Of a stretch of DNA of 64,000 bases, positions 47,216 to 56,809 are shown in pieces. Position numbers and translations under genes: made by a program. The notes under the pieces were generated by a model. That model saw only the letters and a list, made by a program, of their open reading frames with translations. It ran no database searches and was not told where the DNA came from. Position 1 is the stretch's first letter; every line of letters begins with the position of its first letter. Source of the DNA: an uncultured virus (IMG/VR IMGVR_UViG_3300008050_000020) (Duplodnaviria > Heunggongvirae > Uroviricota > Caudoviricetes). The stretch lies in the IMG/VR virus record IMGVR_UViG_3300008050_000020, one strand, 5' to 3'.

Positions 47216-47590
47216 ATGGCACTCGACAATCCAAAGATTACGGCCAACATGGTCACAGAGTACCAGGCATCTGGTATTCCTTACGTCACTGAGTCTGTTG
47301 TTGCGTCGGGAGTGACAAAGTTTCAATTCCCGTTTGTTACACGTGAGTTCACTGTTCGCAACAACGGTGTCGCTGACGTTTTCGTAGGCTTCTCTGAAAA
47401 CGGTGCGCTGGGAACAAACGGGTTTACGTTGTCAACTGATGCAAGCTATTCGGGTCCACTACGAATCAAGAATCTATTCGTATCAGCATCAGCAGCCACA
47501 AGCGTAACGGTTATCGGTGCTCTCACTCGAATCCCTTGGCACATGTTTCCAGTTTTGACGGGCTCAGACGGGTTCGAAGGCATCGGCTAA
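47216..47590 (+). CDS. Small beta-rich protein, possibly virion-associated
   Basis: EYQASGIPYVT..FPFVT; Thr/Ser/Val-rich. Confidence 0.55.
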   Translation: MALDNPKITANMVTEYQASGIPYVTESVVASGVTKFQFPFVTREFTVRNNGVADVFVGFSENGALGTNGFTLSTDASYSGPLRIKNLFVSASAATSVTVIGALTRIPWHMFPVLTGSDGFEGIG

Positions 47591-47594
47591 GCCA

Positions 47595-48293
47595 ATGGGA
47601 TTCTCAGGATTTGCAGGAAGCTTTAAGGCTTCTTCGTCCGGTGGGAGCACCGGCGGTGGCGGCGGCAACGACTGGAACACCGTTGACCTGTCCACGGGCA
47701 CGGAGACGAACACCGGGCAGCGTGGAGCCGGCAACTCGCTCGGCACCTCGAGCACCATCGTGTGTGCCGCTGTCCACGGTGGCCTCGATGCTGGACTCGA
47801 CGGCTACCACATCATGGTCGATCTGAGCGAGGACCCGACGAGCACGAGCCACAAGGGTATTGAACTCGAGCTGGCGTGCGACTACCAGTCCACGGCTCCG
47901 AGCAACGGCAACTCCGGTCTCTACATGGTGATCGGTGGCGTTGCTGTCGCTGCGTCGAATGAGATGTACTACGGCGGTGTTCGCAAGGCTGCCGGTGGTG
48001 ACCTCGACCAGGCGACGGTGTCTCGTACGGGAGCCAATAACGGCGGTGGTCAGGCGGTGACGGGCGCGGTCACCATGCGGATGGTGTCGTGGTTCGATGG
48101 CCTTCGGGTCAACCAGGGCTCGATGTACGTCGCAGGTGCTACCACTGGCATCGGCACGGACTCCGAGACGGCTGCGCTGGTGGGCACGCCTTCGACGACC
48201 TGGATCGGTGTCGGCGTCAACCAGTCCACGGGGTCGCCCTCGCAGGCACTCACGTGGACGAACGTCATCCTCCGATACCGCTGGATCGACTAA
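47595..48293 (+). CDS. Gly/Thr/Ser-rich protein with GC-rich C-terminal module; possible fibre/adhesin
   Basis: GGSTGGGGG linker; sampled 60-nt lines 67-70% GC vs about 53% in the upstream gene. Confidence 0.55.
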   Translation: MGFSGFAGSFKASSSGGSTGGGGGNDWNTVDLSTGTETNTGQRGAGNSLGTSSTIVCAAVHGGLDAGLDGYHIMVDLSEDPTSTSHKGIELELACDYQSTAPSNGNSGLYMVIGGVAVAASNEMYYGGVRKAAGGDLDQATVSRTGANNGGGQAVTGAVTMRMVSWFDGLRVNQGSMYVAGATTGIGTDSETAALVGTPSTTWIGVGVNQSTGSPSQALTWTNVILRYRWID

Positions 48294-48333
48294 TTTACGT
48301 GCATTCTACTTGCAGGCATGGTAAAATGCTTTC

Positions 48334-48540
48334 ATGATAGAACGAATCGCGATATTCCCAGATGGGTCTAAGCTAGTTGTAGAGATCCCTGATGACTCTC
48401 CTATGCTGGCTCTGGTAGCAGAATACGTCGGGAAAACTGAGGCGGAAGTGACAGATGGTGACATCGGAATCTTTATCGCGCGGTCGACAACAGAAGCCCT
48501 TGACAAGCATCTGGAAGAGATGTCCCAGACTGAATCGTAA
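48334..48540 (+). CDS. Hypothetical protein
   Basis: Short ORF. Confidence 0.5.
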   Translation: MIERIAIFPDGSKLVVEIPDDSPMLALVAEYVGKTEAEVTDGDIGIFIARSTTEALDKHLEEMSQTES

Positions 48541-48552
48541 GTTAGCTCTCGC

Positions 48553-48882
48553 TTGCCATACTTACGATGTGTGGAGGAGCAGCCCTTGCTGATCTCAGAA
48601 GGAACACTTGATGGTCTTGTGCGAGAAGCCTTGCTGCTAGAGAAGCACAAAGCTCCTGGCAAGGTGATGACTCGTCGAGGCTATGAGGTTGAGTGGGGCT
48701 CTAAGAGGCATGTTGCTGATCTGGAAGCTTCTCTTGACGAGCTTGTTCGAATTCGTAATGCGCAAAAGCGTGGGTCACGAACTCGATATGTTTATGCCCG
48801 AGCAGTTGAGCAGATGAGAAGTCAGTATCGATCTGCGCGCCGTTACGGAATCAAGAACGGCCTCATCGAGGAGGAGCTGTGA
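48553..48882 (+). CDS. Basic hypothetical protein with LVREALLLE tag (start uncertain)
   Basis: Tag; CATACTTA at 48557. Confidence 0.55.
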   Translation: MPYLRCVEEQPLLISEGTLDGLVREALLLEKHKAPGKVMTRRGYEVEWGSKRHVADLEASLDELVRIRNAQKRGSRTRYVYARAVEQMRSQYRSARRYGIKNGLIEEEL

Positions 48883-49619
48883 AGCTCGGTCTTATCGGCG
48901 GCGGCTTTAAGCCGTTCACGTCAGGTCACTTTACGCTTCTCGCGACAGCGATGGCGAACAGCGACAAGGTCATTCTTTACTACGGCCTCGCGGGCCGCAA
49001 GAAGGGCAGCGGCTACAACTACTCTCGAGAAATGTCGCAGGAAGTCTTCAACATCATGAAGGCAGCCATTGAGCGCACGTACTCAGGGCGCGTTTTTGTT
49101 GAGCTCGGAAAACCAACACCCATCGTCAAGATCTTTCAGGCAATCAGTGCTGTCAAGGATAGCGAAGATTCCAATGCAGCTCTCAGTCCTGCCGGCATCG
49201 ATCCCGCACAGGTCGAGACAATCTCCGTATTTTCAGGTCCTGAGGATCTCGACAAGTACACGAAGTACTTTGGTACTGACAAGGAAGAGCGCTACTACGG
49301 AGACCTCAACCAGACGGGTCGTCTTAGCTTTGTCCCGGTTGAATCAGCCGACGGCGAGGGTGACCTCTCGGCGATTCTTGACATCGTTCGTGACTCCTAC
49401 CCTGATCTAAGCGACGAAGAGATGACTGATCGCGTCAAGATGCGCGGCTCTGTTTTCCGGTCTCTGATTGCTTCTCGAGACGGCGCTAAGATTAGTCAAT
49501 ACCTCCCTCCTTTTCTGACAAATGAAGAGAAAGCACAAATCGTCGAGATCCTTTTCCAGGGCTTGACTGAGAACGTCTTTCGCTCGTATGTCCAGCAGAT
49601 TTTGAAGAGCAGCCGATGA
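48879..49619 (+). CDS. Cytidylyltransferase-like (HxGH-type) nucleotidyltransferase
   Basis: GGGFKPFTSGH; C-terminal RGSVFR..YLP; C-terminal tag ENVFRSYVQQIL. Confidence 0.72.
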   Translation: MKLGLIGGGFKPFTSGHFTLLATAMANSDKVILYYGLAGRKKGSGYNYSREMSQEVFNIMKAAIERTYSGRVFVELGKPTPIVKIFQAISAVKDSEDSNAALSPAGIDPAQVETISVFSGPEDLDKYTKYFGTDKEERYYGDLNQTGRLSFVPVESADGEGDLSAILDIVRDSYPDLSDEEMTDRVKMRGSVFRSLIASRDGAKISQYLPPFLTNEEKAQIVEILFQGLTENVFRSYVQQILKSSR

Positions 49620-51709
49620 TTCTTCGCGAATACGTCCAGACCGTGCTTCGCAAGCCTCTCATGAATGAGGCTTTGGCAGCACACATCCTCAACTTCTATG
49701 AAGATCTTGACATGTCTCTCGGAGAGCTCTACGAAGTAGTAGACGCTATTCGTGACGGGTCACTCGATGAAGTTACTGAAAAGATGGACGGACAGAACGT
49801 CACCTTCACCATTTTCAACGAGCAGCTGCAGCTCTACAGCAAGGGCGCATCGTGGAAGAGAATCTTGAAGGGTGGGCTGACGCGAGAGACCATCAATTCA
49901 CAGTACGCTGATCGACCAACAGTTCGAGAAGCTTTCCTCGAAGCGCTAGACGCTATTCAGGCCGTCATCAGCGCAGATCCCGAGAACGCTGCTCGACTCT
50001 TTCAGCAGGGCCAGGTGGTCGTTGAGTCGTCGATTCAGATGCCCGGGAACCCGAACACCATCATCTACGATGATCCAAGCATTCAGTTCATTCAGGCTGT
50101 TGCGCTGGGCCCTGACGTAGAAGAGGTTGATCAGGCAGCTTATCGAGAGTTCATCTCAGCAGCACAGAGAGTCTCCAAGCAAGGCCACAAGGTCGACATG
50201 GGGCTGGTTCCATACTTGAAGCTCCAGAAGTCTCTCGAAAACGATGATGCTCTCGCTGACAAGATCAAGGGACAGCTTGACGCTTTGCTCTCTAAGACGA
50301 GCATGAAGAAGTCGAACACCATCGGCGACATGGCAGTGCATCTTGTACGCCAGCAATTGGACTTTCTTGGCACAGTGCCTCCAGAGCTAATGGACAAGGC
50401 GGCTCAGCGTATCGGCACGGGCGTAAAGTCAGTTCTGACGAAGAAAGAATACGTTTCACTGTCTTCGCCGCAGGCATGGGCAGACTTTCAGGCTCTTGAC
50501 AAGCGTCGAAATGACATCGTAGCTGAGGCACTTGTCCCTCTCGAGCAAATCATCCAGCTAATGGGTGTCTACGCCTTCCGAAATCTTGAGTTTGCCATCG
50601 CGGCTAACTCTCACGAGTCTGGCGAGGACTTGCGACAGTGGGTGTCTACTGTCAAGGCAGCTTTTTCGCAAGGCAACGTCATTGCAGACCCCAAAACAAC
50701 GGATCGCATCCGAATTGCATTGCAGCGTATCGGAGATCAGGAGCCGTACTTCGAAAAGGCAGTTGAAGGCATCGTTTTCAAGTGGAAGGGCAAGACAAGG
50801 AAGCTCACAGGGCTCTTCACGCCTATCAACAAGCTCCGCGGGTTCTTTGCGTACGGTGCAAACCCTGCGCAAGTCCGTCAAGCTGAAGGTGTGGCCTTAC
50901 GAGAAGGCGGAAATGCTTTCAAGGGTCCCAATGGCGAGCTTTTGACGACTTCCATTGAGCGAGAGCGCGTAAAGTCAACTTTGGATCACTTTGCGAAGCA
51001 TGTACTCGAGCCTGCGGGCGTCCAAGAGTACACGATGATTGGAAGTACTGGAAAGAAGGCTCGATCGGGCGATCTTGACATCGCAGTTCCTGTGCCAGCT
51101 CATATTGACAACAAGGCATTCAAAAAGAAGCTTCTGGGCAACATTCAGAGCATTCTGAGCAAGGCAGAGGCAAAGGCAGTCGGTTCGAACCTCGCGGTTG
51201 CCTATCCCATCATCGGTTCGCCCAACATGATGGTCCAGATTGATCTCATGCTCGCCAGAGACCTTCCTGGGACAACCTGGCTCATGACCGGCCACGGAGA
51301 GGAGAAGGTCAAGGGCGTTTACCGGAACATGCTGTTAGCTTACCTTGCCAAGATGATGGGTGAGGAGATGTCGACCCCCGAAGAGACTGTCAAGGCGACA
51401 TTGTCTTTTCCGGGAGGCTTGATGATCAAGAAGAACGGCGTTGTTGCAATGGAGCGGACATCAGACCCGTCCATGATCCTCAGCGTACTAGGCTTGGACG
51501 TTACACCAGACCAGGTTAGAGGGTTTGAAGAACTCGTAGACGTGGTTCGCAAAAGCCCCAGATACAAGAAGTATCTGGGTGGCTTTATGGACTACATTGG
51601 GCACCTGGTGCGCTCAGACCCGGACAACGCCAAGCGCGCGGGCGACTACATTCAGGGCACAAACGAAGCTGTTCTGCGAGCGTTTATCCGTCAGTCTTTG
51701 AGAGGTTGA
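49616..51709 (+). CDS. Two-domain protein: ligase-like (EKMDG) domain plus Pol-beta nucleotidyltransferase
   Basis: TEKMDGQN, EGIVF, KLTG; GSTGKK..SGDLDIAV, VQIDLM; tags at both termini. Confidence 0.72.
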   Translation: MILREYVQTVLRKPLMNEALAAHILNFYEDLDMSLGELYEVVDAIRDGSLDEVTEKMDGQNVTFTIFNEQLQLYSKGASWKRILKGGLTRETINSQYADRPTVREAFLEALDAIQAVISADPENAARLFQQGQVVVESSIQMPGNPNTIIYDDPSIQFIQAVALGPDVEEVDQAAYREFISAAQRVSKQGHKVDMGLVPYLKLQKSLENDDALADKIKGQLDALLSKTSMKKSNTIGDMAVHLVRQQLDFLGTVPPELMDKAAQRIGTGVKSVLTKKEYVSLSSPQAWADFQALDKRRNDIVAEALVPLEQIIQLMGVYAFRNLEFAIAANSHESGEDLRQWVSTVKAAFSQGNVIADPKTTDRIRIALQRIGDQEPYFEKAVEGIVFKWKGKTRKLTGLFTPINKLRGFFAYGANPAQVRQAEGVALREGGNAFKGPNGELLTTSIERERVKSTLDHFAKHVLEPAGVQEYTMIGSTGKKARSGDLDIAVPVPAHIDNKAFKKKLLGNIQSILSKAEAKAVGSNLAVAYPIIGSPNMMVQIDLMLARDLPGTTWLMTGHGEEKVKGVYRNMLLAYLAKMMGEEMSTPEETVKATLSFPGGLMIKKNGVVAMERTSDPSMILSVLGLDVTPDQVRGFEELVDVVRKSPRYKKYLGGFMDYIGHLVRSDPDNAKRAGDYIQGTNEAVLRAFIRQSLRG

Positions 51710-51710
51710 C

Positions 51711-52757
51711 ATGGGTGGTTGGAAGTCCGTCCGGACTGTTGGCGTCAAGCTTGATCCCAGTACAGTCCAGGCAGCAATCAATGTCTTTCTCGACGTAGTA
51801 ACGGGCTTCAATGCCCACTTGGCTGCGAATGAGAAAATGCCTATCGAGCCGCAGCGTCCAGTCGGCTCTGTCAGCTATCACCAAGATGATGTGACAGAGA
51901 ATCCCGACAAGGTCTATGGCGACATTGACTACCTCGTGTCTTTTCCGTGCGCGCAAGAAGACGATGCGACTGCTCGTCGAAAGATTGAGAATGCTGCAAA
52001 GCGAGAATATCAAGGACTGTGGATCGAGTATTTGCAGACAAAGACTCCTCCCGAAGTCGATGTGGGTGCAACAACCAGTTCATCTCCCTGGCTTGTCATC
52101 ATCAATCTTCCTGACGGTCGGGCAGTCCAGGTTGACATCATCATCACCTTTCCAAAGTATTGTAAGTGGATGGGTGGACGTTATGAGCCCGAGAGAGACA
52201 AGAAGGGCCTCATCATGGGACACCTCTACAAGGCCCTGGGTGATGCGTTGACATTGTCTATCGGCACTGAGGGCGTCATTGCTCGAACGAGAGCAGGTGA
52301 GCGCGTCCCGTCAAAGTACAGAAAAGGCGTAACGCTCGAGACAGTCTCTACCGATATTGACAATTTCCTGATCGACATTGCTCGATATCTTACGGGTGTC
52401 AGCGAGCCACAGCTCCATCCAGATCTCCAGCAGAACCCGGGCGTCTCCGCGGGCAGTGTTACGCTGGATGGTCTAGCAACTGGTATCCGAGGTCTCGGTC
52501 ACACTTTGGCAGCAACGGGAGCAGTATCGTCCGCTCAGTCCTTTGCAGACGAAGTGCTTTCAAACTATCGAGCTAGCATGACCAAAGAGCTCGAGAATCC
52601 AAAGTACAAGAAGGCTGAGACGCCCGAGCAGTTCGCTGTCATTGAGAAAATTGCGAAGCAGATTAAGTTTTCTATCGAACAAGTCGAAGGAATCCTGCAA
52701 GGGCGAAGGACGGAGTCAGTCCTCCGCCTTTTCGTCCGAGAGTCTCTTCGCTCTTAA
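51711..52757 (+). CDS. Pol-beta-type nucleotidyltransferase
   Basis: VGSVSY..YGDIDYL, VQVDII; C-terminal tag ESVLRLFVRESL. Confidence 0.7.
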   Translation: MGGWKSVRTVGVKLDPSTVQAAINVFLDVVTGFNAHLAANEKMPIEPQRPVGSVSYHQDDVTENPDKVYGDIDYLVSFPCAQEDDATARRKIENAAKREYQGLWIEYLQTKTPPEVDVGATTSSSPWLVIINLPDGRAVQVDIIITFPKYCKWMGGRYEPERDKKGLIMGHLYKALGDALTLSIGTEGVIARTRAGERVPSKYRKGVTLETVSTDIDNFLIDIARYLTGVSEPQLHPDLQQNPGVSAGSVTLDGLATGIRGLGHTLAATGAVSSAQSFADEVLSNYRASMTKELENPKYKKAETPEQFAVIEKIAKQIKFSIEQVEGILQGRRTESVLRLFVRESLRS

Positions 52758-53650
52758 ACGTCTAAGACGTCGTAACCAACTGCAATCACCTGGCCATGAT
52801 CGGGTGCAGTTAGGAAATGAACAGTGTTCGTCTCTTCATCGTAATCCCACTCGGTACCGTATGAGACAACTTCGAAGTCTACGTAGACAACAAGAGATGA
52901 GATGATGGGCGTTTGTGAGAGCTGAAATGTGTCTTCCTTGGAAGTAAGGAAGGACGAGTCCGACAGCCACTGACTCCACTCATTGGCACAAAGTCCTAGA
53001 GGATCTTTTCCGAAGTAGGTTTCGACCAGATCAATGTACTTGTCACCGACTTCGCCGCATGACGTGTCAATTGCAACGATGCTCACGACGTCAACTTGCC
53101 GGCCGCTCTTGAGATCAAACAGCCACTCAGCATAAAGCTCACTTGAGATAGAGCTCTGCTCTTCTTCGTCTGAGATGTGAAAAACGAGCAGATCAGCATC
53201 TTCTCGTGAAAAGTCCGGGTAGACTTCATCAGGGTCAGATTCGAAAATGTAATGGGCAGCGTAGCCGCCCTCGATGCCAGTATTCCTCAGGAATCCAGGC
53301 GCGAGCTGAATGTCAATCGACGATGAGTCGCTATCAAAGGGACCCACGAAGTCAGGACCTTTTGTGTCGTTCGTAATGAACATGATCTCAAAGTCAACAG
53401 CAACATCCCCGACATCCTCAGCCAGTGTTGCGAGGCCTTCACCCACAGCCTCAAAGTTGTCAGCCATGCTGCATGATGTGTCTAGCACAACCAGCACATC
53501 GAGGTTGTCAATCATGTCAGCTTGAACAAAGCTGTCCACGACGACGTGGGTGTCTGTCAAATCCTCCATGTAGATGTCTTGTCCGCAGCCCTGAGCAAAG
53601 ACAGCAAAGAAAACGAGGAGAAATGCCATGATGTTGCGTGCTGAGATCAT
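52754..53650 (-). CDS. vWA-domain lipoprotein
   Basis: Signal with FAQG|C lipobox; MIDAS VLDTSCSM; ISDEEE. Confidence 0.75.
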   Translation of the reverse strand: MISARNIMAFLLVFFAVFAQGCGQDIYMEDLTDTHVVVDSFVQADMIDNLDVLVVLDTSCSMADNFEAVGEGLATLAEDVGDVAVDFEIMFITNDTKGPDFVGPFDSDSSSIDIQLAPGFLRNTGIEGGYAAHYIFESDPDEVYPDFSREDADLLVFHISDEEEQSSISSELYAEWLFDLKSGRQVDVVSIVAIDTSCGEVGDKYIDLVETYFGKDPLGLCANEWSQWLSDSSFLTSKEDTFQLSQTPIISSLVVYVDFEVVSYGTEWDYDEETNTVHFLTAPDHGQVIAVGYDVLDV

Positions 53651-54354
53651 CAGTCTTCCTTGACCTGGAGTGAGTCGTCGATTGCCTCTGCGACTTCGGG
53701 TGTAATGACGGCGACGTACGCCAGTCCGGGTAGCGCTTGAGGTGTAACGAATTCTTGCACCTCGATAGCAGACACGATGCCCACCAGACGACCCTTCTTG
53801 TCAAAGAAGCAAGAGCCTGACGAACCGAACCAAATAAAGGAATTGACGAGAAGATATCCCCTCTCGTAGCCAACAGTCGAACCATTGAATGTCAGCGTGC
53901 TCAAGTGACCAGCTGGATGGCCCGAGTAAGTCACCTCAGTTCCAGATTCAACCGGCTGCCTGGCGGGACGGTAGCGCATCGGCTGCCGTGAGGTCATTCC
54001 CTCAATTCGAATGACTGCAATGTCAGGCACAGTAGAAGCATATACGACTTCACCACGAACCCGCTCGCCAGAAGGTGAGAGCACCCATACGAAAGAAGAG
54101 CTGTCTACAACATGCTGTGCTGTAATGACGAAGTGGTCCTTTCCACGCTTGAAATACGATCCTGAGCCGTAGCCGTCAGCGAAAGGACGTTCAACTCGAA
54201 CGGCTGCAAGTGCCGAGGCCTGGTCAGACTTCTTGAGAGACTCGTGAACGAGCTCTCTGCTCGTTGTATCTGTGACATCAACCGACGGAAGATTAGCTGC
54301 TTGTGTAGGTACGAGCAGGCAAAATGCCATTGACAAAAGAAGGGTACGAGTCAC
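53650..54354 (-). CDS. Secreted trypsin-like serine protease
   Basis: Signal peptide; GSG, ITAQHVV, DIAVI, GSSGS, LVGI. Confidence 0.85.
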   Translation of the reverse strand: MTRTLLLSMAFCLLVPTQAANLPSVDVTDTTSRELVHESLKKSDQASALAAVRVERPFADGYGSGSYFKRGKDHFVITAQHVVDSSSFVWVLSPSGERVRGEVVYASTVPDIAVIRIEGMTSRQPMRYRPARQPVESGTEVTYSGHPAGHLSTLTFNGSTVGYERGYLLVNSFIWFGSSGSCFFDKKGRLVGIVSAIEVQEFVTPQALPGLAYVAVITPEVAEAIDDSLQVKED

Positions 54355-54414
54355 AGTTCACGTCCGTCGTCTAGTTGTTTACGATGAGCCTCTGGAGATC
54401 AAGGAGCACTAATG

Positions 54415-54482
54415 TACGTATCGACGGCAGAACAGATCAACTGTTTTCTCATCGAGATGAACTGAGTAGGATTGGATACTTA
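54415..54482. promoter_or_regulatory. Divergent pair of putative late-promoter motifs
   Basis: GATACGTA on minus strand (54415-54422) facing the protease gene; GATACTTA on plus strand (54475-54482) facing the gene at 54500. Confidence 0.5.
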
Positions 54483-54499
54483 CATTCTGGAGATACAGC

Positions 54500-55447
54500 A
54501 TGAGCAATTCTGAGACATTGCTGAGGGAAGCCGTTCGAGGCATGCTTCAGGAAATCGGACCTGAGATCGATTACGGTCCTAGCTTCTCCGACGTTTTTGC
54601 TGCACCAGCAGAAGATTCGCTCAAGGTGATCGGTTCAGAGCTTGCGAAGCTGTCCAGCAAGGCACAGGCTGCTGCTGCTATCTTGATCAAGGGAACAGTC
54701 GGTCTTTTCCTGCCAGGCCTCGAGGCAGATTACGACCGCATTTTCGAGGCAGAAGAGAAGCGTCATGCTGATATCATGGCGCGCTATCCTGATGCGTATC
54801 GAAACGTCGAAGGGGCGATGGAAAAGGCCTGGCGCCTTCCTTTTCTAATCGATCCTGCAAAGACACTGTCAACGCAAATTGCTGTCAAGGCTCCGCGAGC
54901 CGCTATTGCAACAGCTCGGGTAATCGCAGGTCGAGATCTCATCAGTCCGCAAATGCGGAAGAAGGTTAAGCAGGACCGCGAGCTAGCGAGTCTATGGCGA
55001 CAGATTTCAGAGACTCGTCACCGACGCAACGGCCGAATTCTCGTAGAAGAGGCAACTCCCGAGATTGTGCAGGCATTTCTTTCGCATGAGACGATTGCTG
55101 AGGCCATCAACAACAGTCAGATGGCTCAGAGAATGCATCGTGACGGTATTTCCAGTACTCGCCAGACAGCACAGGAGCTCGTCAAGAAGACTAAGGACTA
55201 CCTACAAGTCGATAGCATTGATGACATCGAGCAGAAGATGGGCCAGTCCGTAGACCTCGCACCAGCCGAAGAAGCACCAGAAGAAACTGACGCAATCCTC
55301 AATATTACAGTCTCCCAGGTTCGTGAAGAAGGCAAAAAGGAAGCTATCAAGGCGCTGCAGGAAAGACTTGATGCAATGGGTAAGGACAACGAGGGTCCCG
55401 TAAAGGACATCTACACGCAGGCAGTCACAGAGATCACCAAGCTCTGA
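54500..55447 (+). CDS. Helical protein with LLREAVRGMLQE tag
   Basis: GGAG RBS; GATACTTA upstream. Confidence 0.7.
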   Translation: MSNSETLLREAVRGMLQEIGPEIDYGPSFSDVFAAPAEDSLKVIGSELAKLSSKAQAAAAILIKGTVGLFLPGLEADYDRIFEAEEKRHADIMARYPDAYRNVEGAMEKAWRLPFLIDPAKTLSTQIAVKAPRAAIATARVIAGRDLISPQMRKKVKQDRELASLWRQISETRHRRNGRILVEEATPEIVQAFLSHETIAEAINNSQMAQRMHRDGISSTRQTAQELVKKTKDYLQVDSIDDIEQKMGQSVDLAPAEEAPEETDAILNITVSQVREEGKKEAIKALQERLDAMGKDNEGPVKDIYTQAVTEITKL

Positions 55448-55498
55448 TTTACAAATCGATGCCTGCTTTGGATGATCACCGCATGGAGGTCATCACCT

Positions 55499-55870
55499 AT
55501 GTCGATGCCGAGCACCTGGCTGCCTGAGATCATGTATGAAGAGGATATCCCGGGTCAGTCCGCGACTCTTCCTTTCATTCTCGTACCTGTTGAAGAAGAG
55601 ATGCCTACGTTCTTGATGCTCTGGGAGCACAAGGAGACTGGTGACGTTGAGCCAGGGCCAGACGGTGAGGATTTGCCTATCGTCCAGCCTGATTTGCGAC
55701 AGTATGCTCGAATGGACGTGCTCAAGGACGAGCTAAGCCCTGATGCTTACGATGACGTTCGTGTGGCACTTGGCCTGGCTCCGCTGCAGGCAGCAACTAA
55801 GCTGGGACAGCAGATCACGAATCGGGCGAGTGCAGCGGCAGCTCTGGGGTCGCAAACCTCCGACGAGTGA
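55499..55870 (+). CDS. Hypothetical protein
   Basis: GGAGG RBS. Confidence 0.65.
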   Translation: MSMPSTWLPEIMYEEDIPGQSATLPFILVPVEEEMPTFLMLWEHKETGDVEPGPDGEDLPIVQPDLRQYARMDVLKDELSPDAYDDVRVALGLAPLQAATKLGQQITNRASAAAALGSQTSDE

Positions 55871-55921
55871 TGCAAGTGTAGCTGAAATTGAGGTATGATA
55901 GGCATCTACTGGAGGTGTCTA

Positions 55922-56764
55922 ATGCTTCACGAAAGCTATATCACTCGAGAGATGGTTAGTCGTGCGATCAAGAGCATGCAAGCGTTTCACGAAGCGCAGA
56001 TTGCTCTTCACAGTCAGTTCGGAATGGACTTTCTCGGCAATCGCGGTCGGCGGAACATCATCATGTCAGCGTCGCAGGAGAAGTTCTTCGCTGATGAGAT
56101 CGGGCGAACTTACAAGGACGTAATCGAAGACGGCCGGACGGGCCAGGCCGATATCTACATTGGCGAGCTTGCGAGAGAGCTCGAGTGCAAGATGACCAGC
56201 CCGATGTCTTCAACGGGCGCCATCCAGCTTCAGACTGATTTTGAGACTCTCTCCCAGAAGGGTGAGCTCGATTACCTCTACGTCATCGCGGGACCTGATT
56301 TCAAGACATTCTGTGTCTTGCATTTCTCTGACCTGACGACTGCTGACTTCCGCCTTCCGCATGCGACTGCTCGTGGCAAGGTAGCGATGGTCAAGCACAA
56401 GGGAATGAAGAAGTGTGCTGTCTTGTGGGGGTCTGTTGAAACGCAGATTGAGAGGACAGTTGCTCGCCTGGAAGCTGAGAAGTCCGAGGTTGACAGCCTT
56501 CTCGGCGTAGAAATGAGAGGCATCGTTTCGCGCAAGCCCGCTCTTCTGGCAGCACTTGCGGAAGACGTGCATCCCGAGACAGGTGAGAAGCTCAAGGCTC
56601 GAACTCGTCGCGGTGTCCGTGAAATGCTCAAGCGACTCGAGGCACGGCCCGAGTACATCACGAATCTGGCACTTGCTAAGCTTGAAAGCCTCGACAAGAA
56701 GATTGCAACAGCTCGGCTGAAGGACGCCAGGTACTCTTTTATCCTCGAGCCCGGTGAGGAATGA
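55922..56764 (+). CDS. Possible PD-(D/E)XK restriction-endonuclease-like protein
   Basis: QEKFF..GQADIYI..ELECK..LDYLY pattern. Confidence 0.5.
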   Translation: MLHESYITREMVSRAIKSMQAFHEAQIALHSQFGMDFLGNRGRRNIIMSASQEKFFADEIGRTYKDVIEDGRTGQADIYIGELARELECKMTSPMSSTGAIQLQTDFETLSQKGELDYLYVIAGPDFKTFCVLHFSDLTTADFRLPHATARGKVAMVKHKGMKKCAVLWGSVETQIERTVARLEAEKSEVDSLLGVEMRGIVSRKPALLAALAEDVHPETGEKLKARTRRGVREMLKRLEARPEYITNLALAKLESLDKKIATARLKDARYSFILEPGEE

Positions 56765-56809
56765 ATCAGCTCTGACTGCATACGTACTATCCGCATAAGG
56801 AGTACTGAC

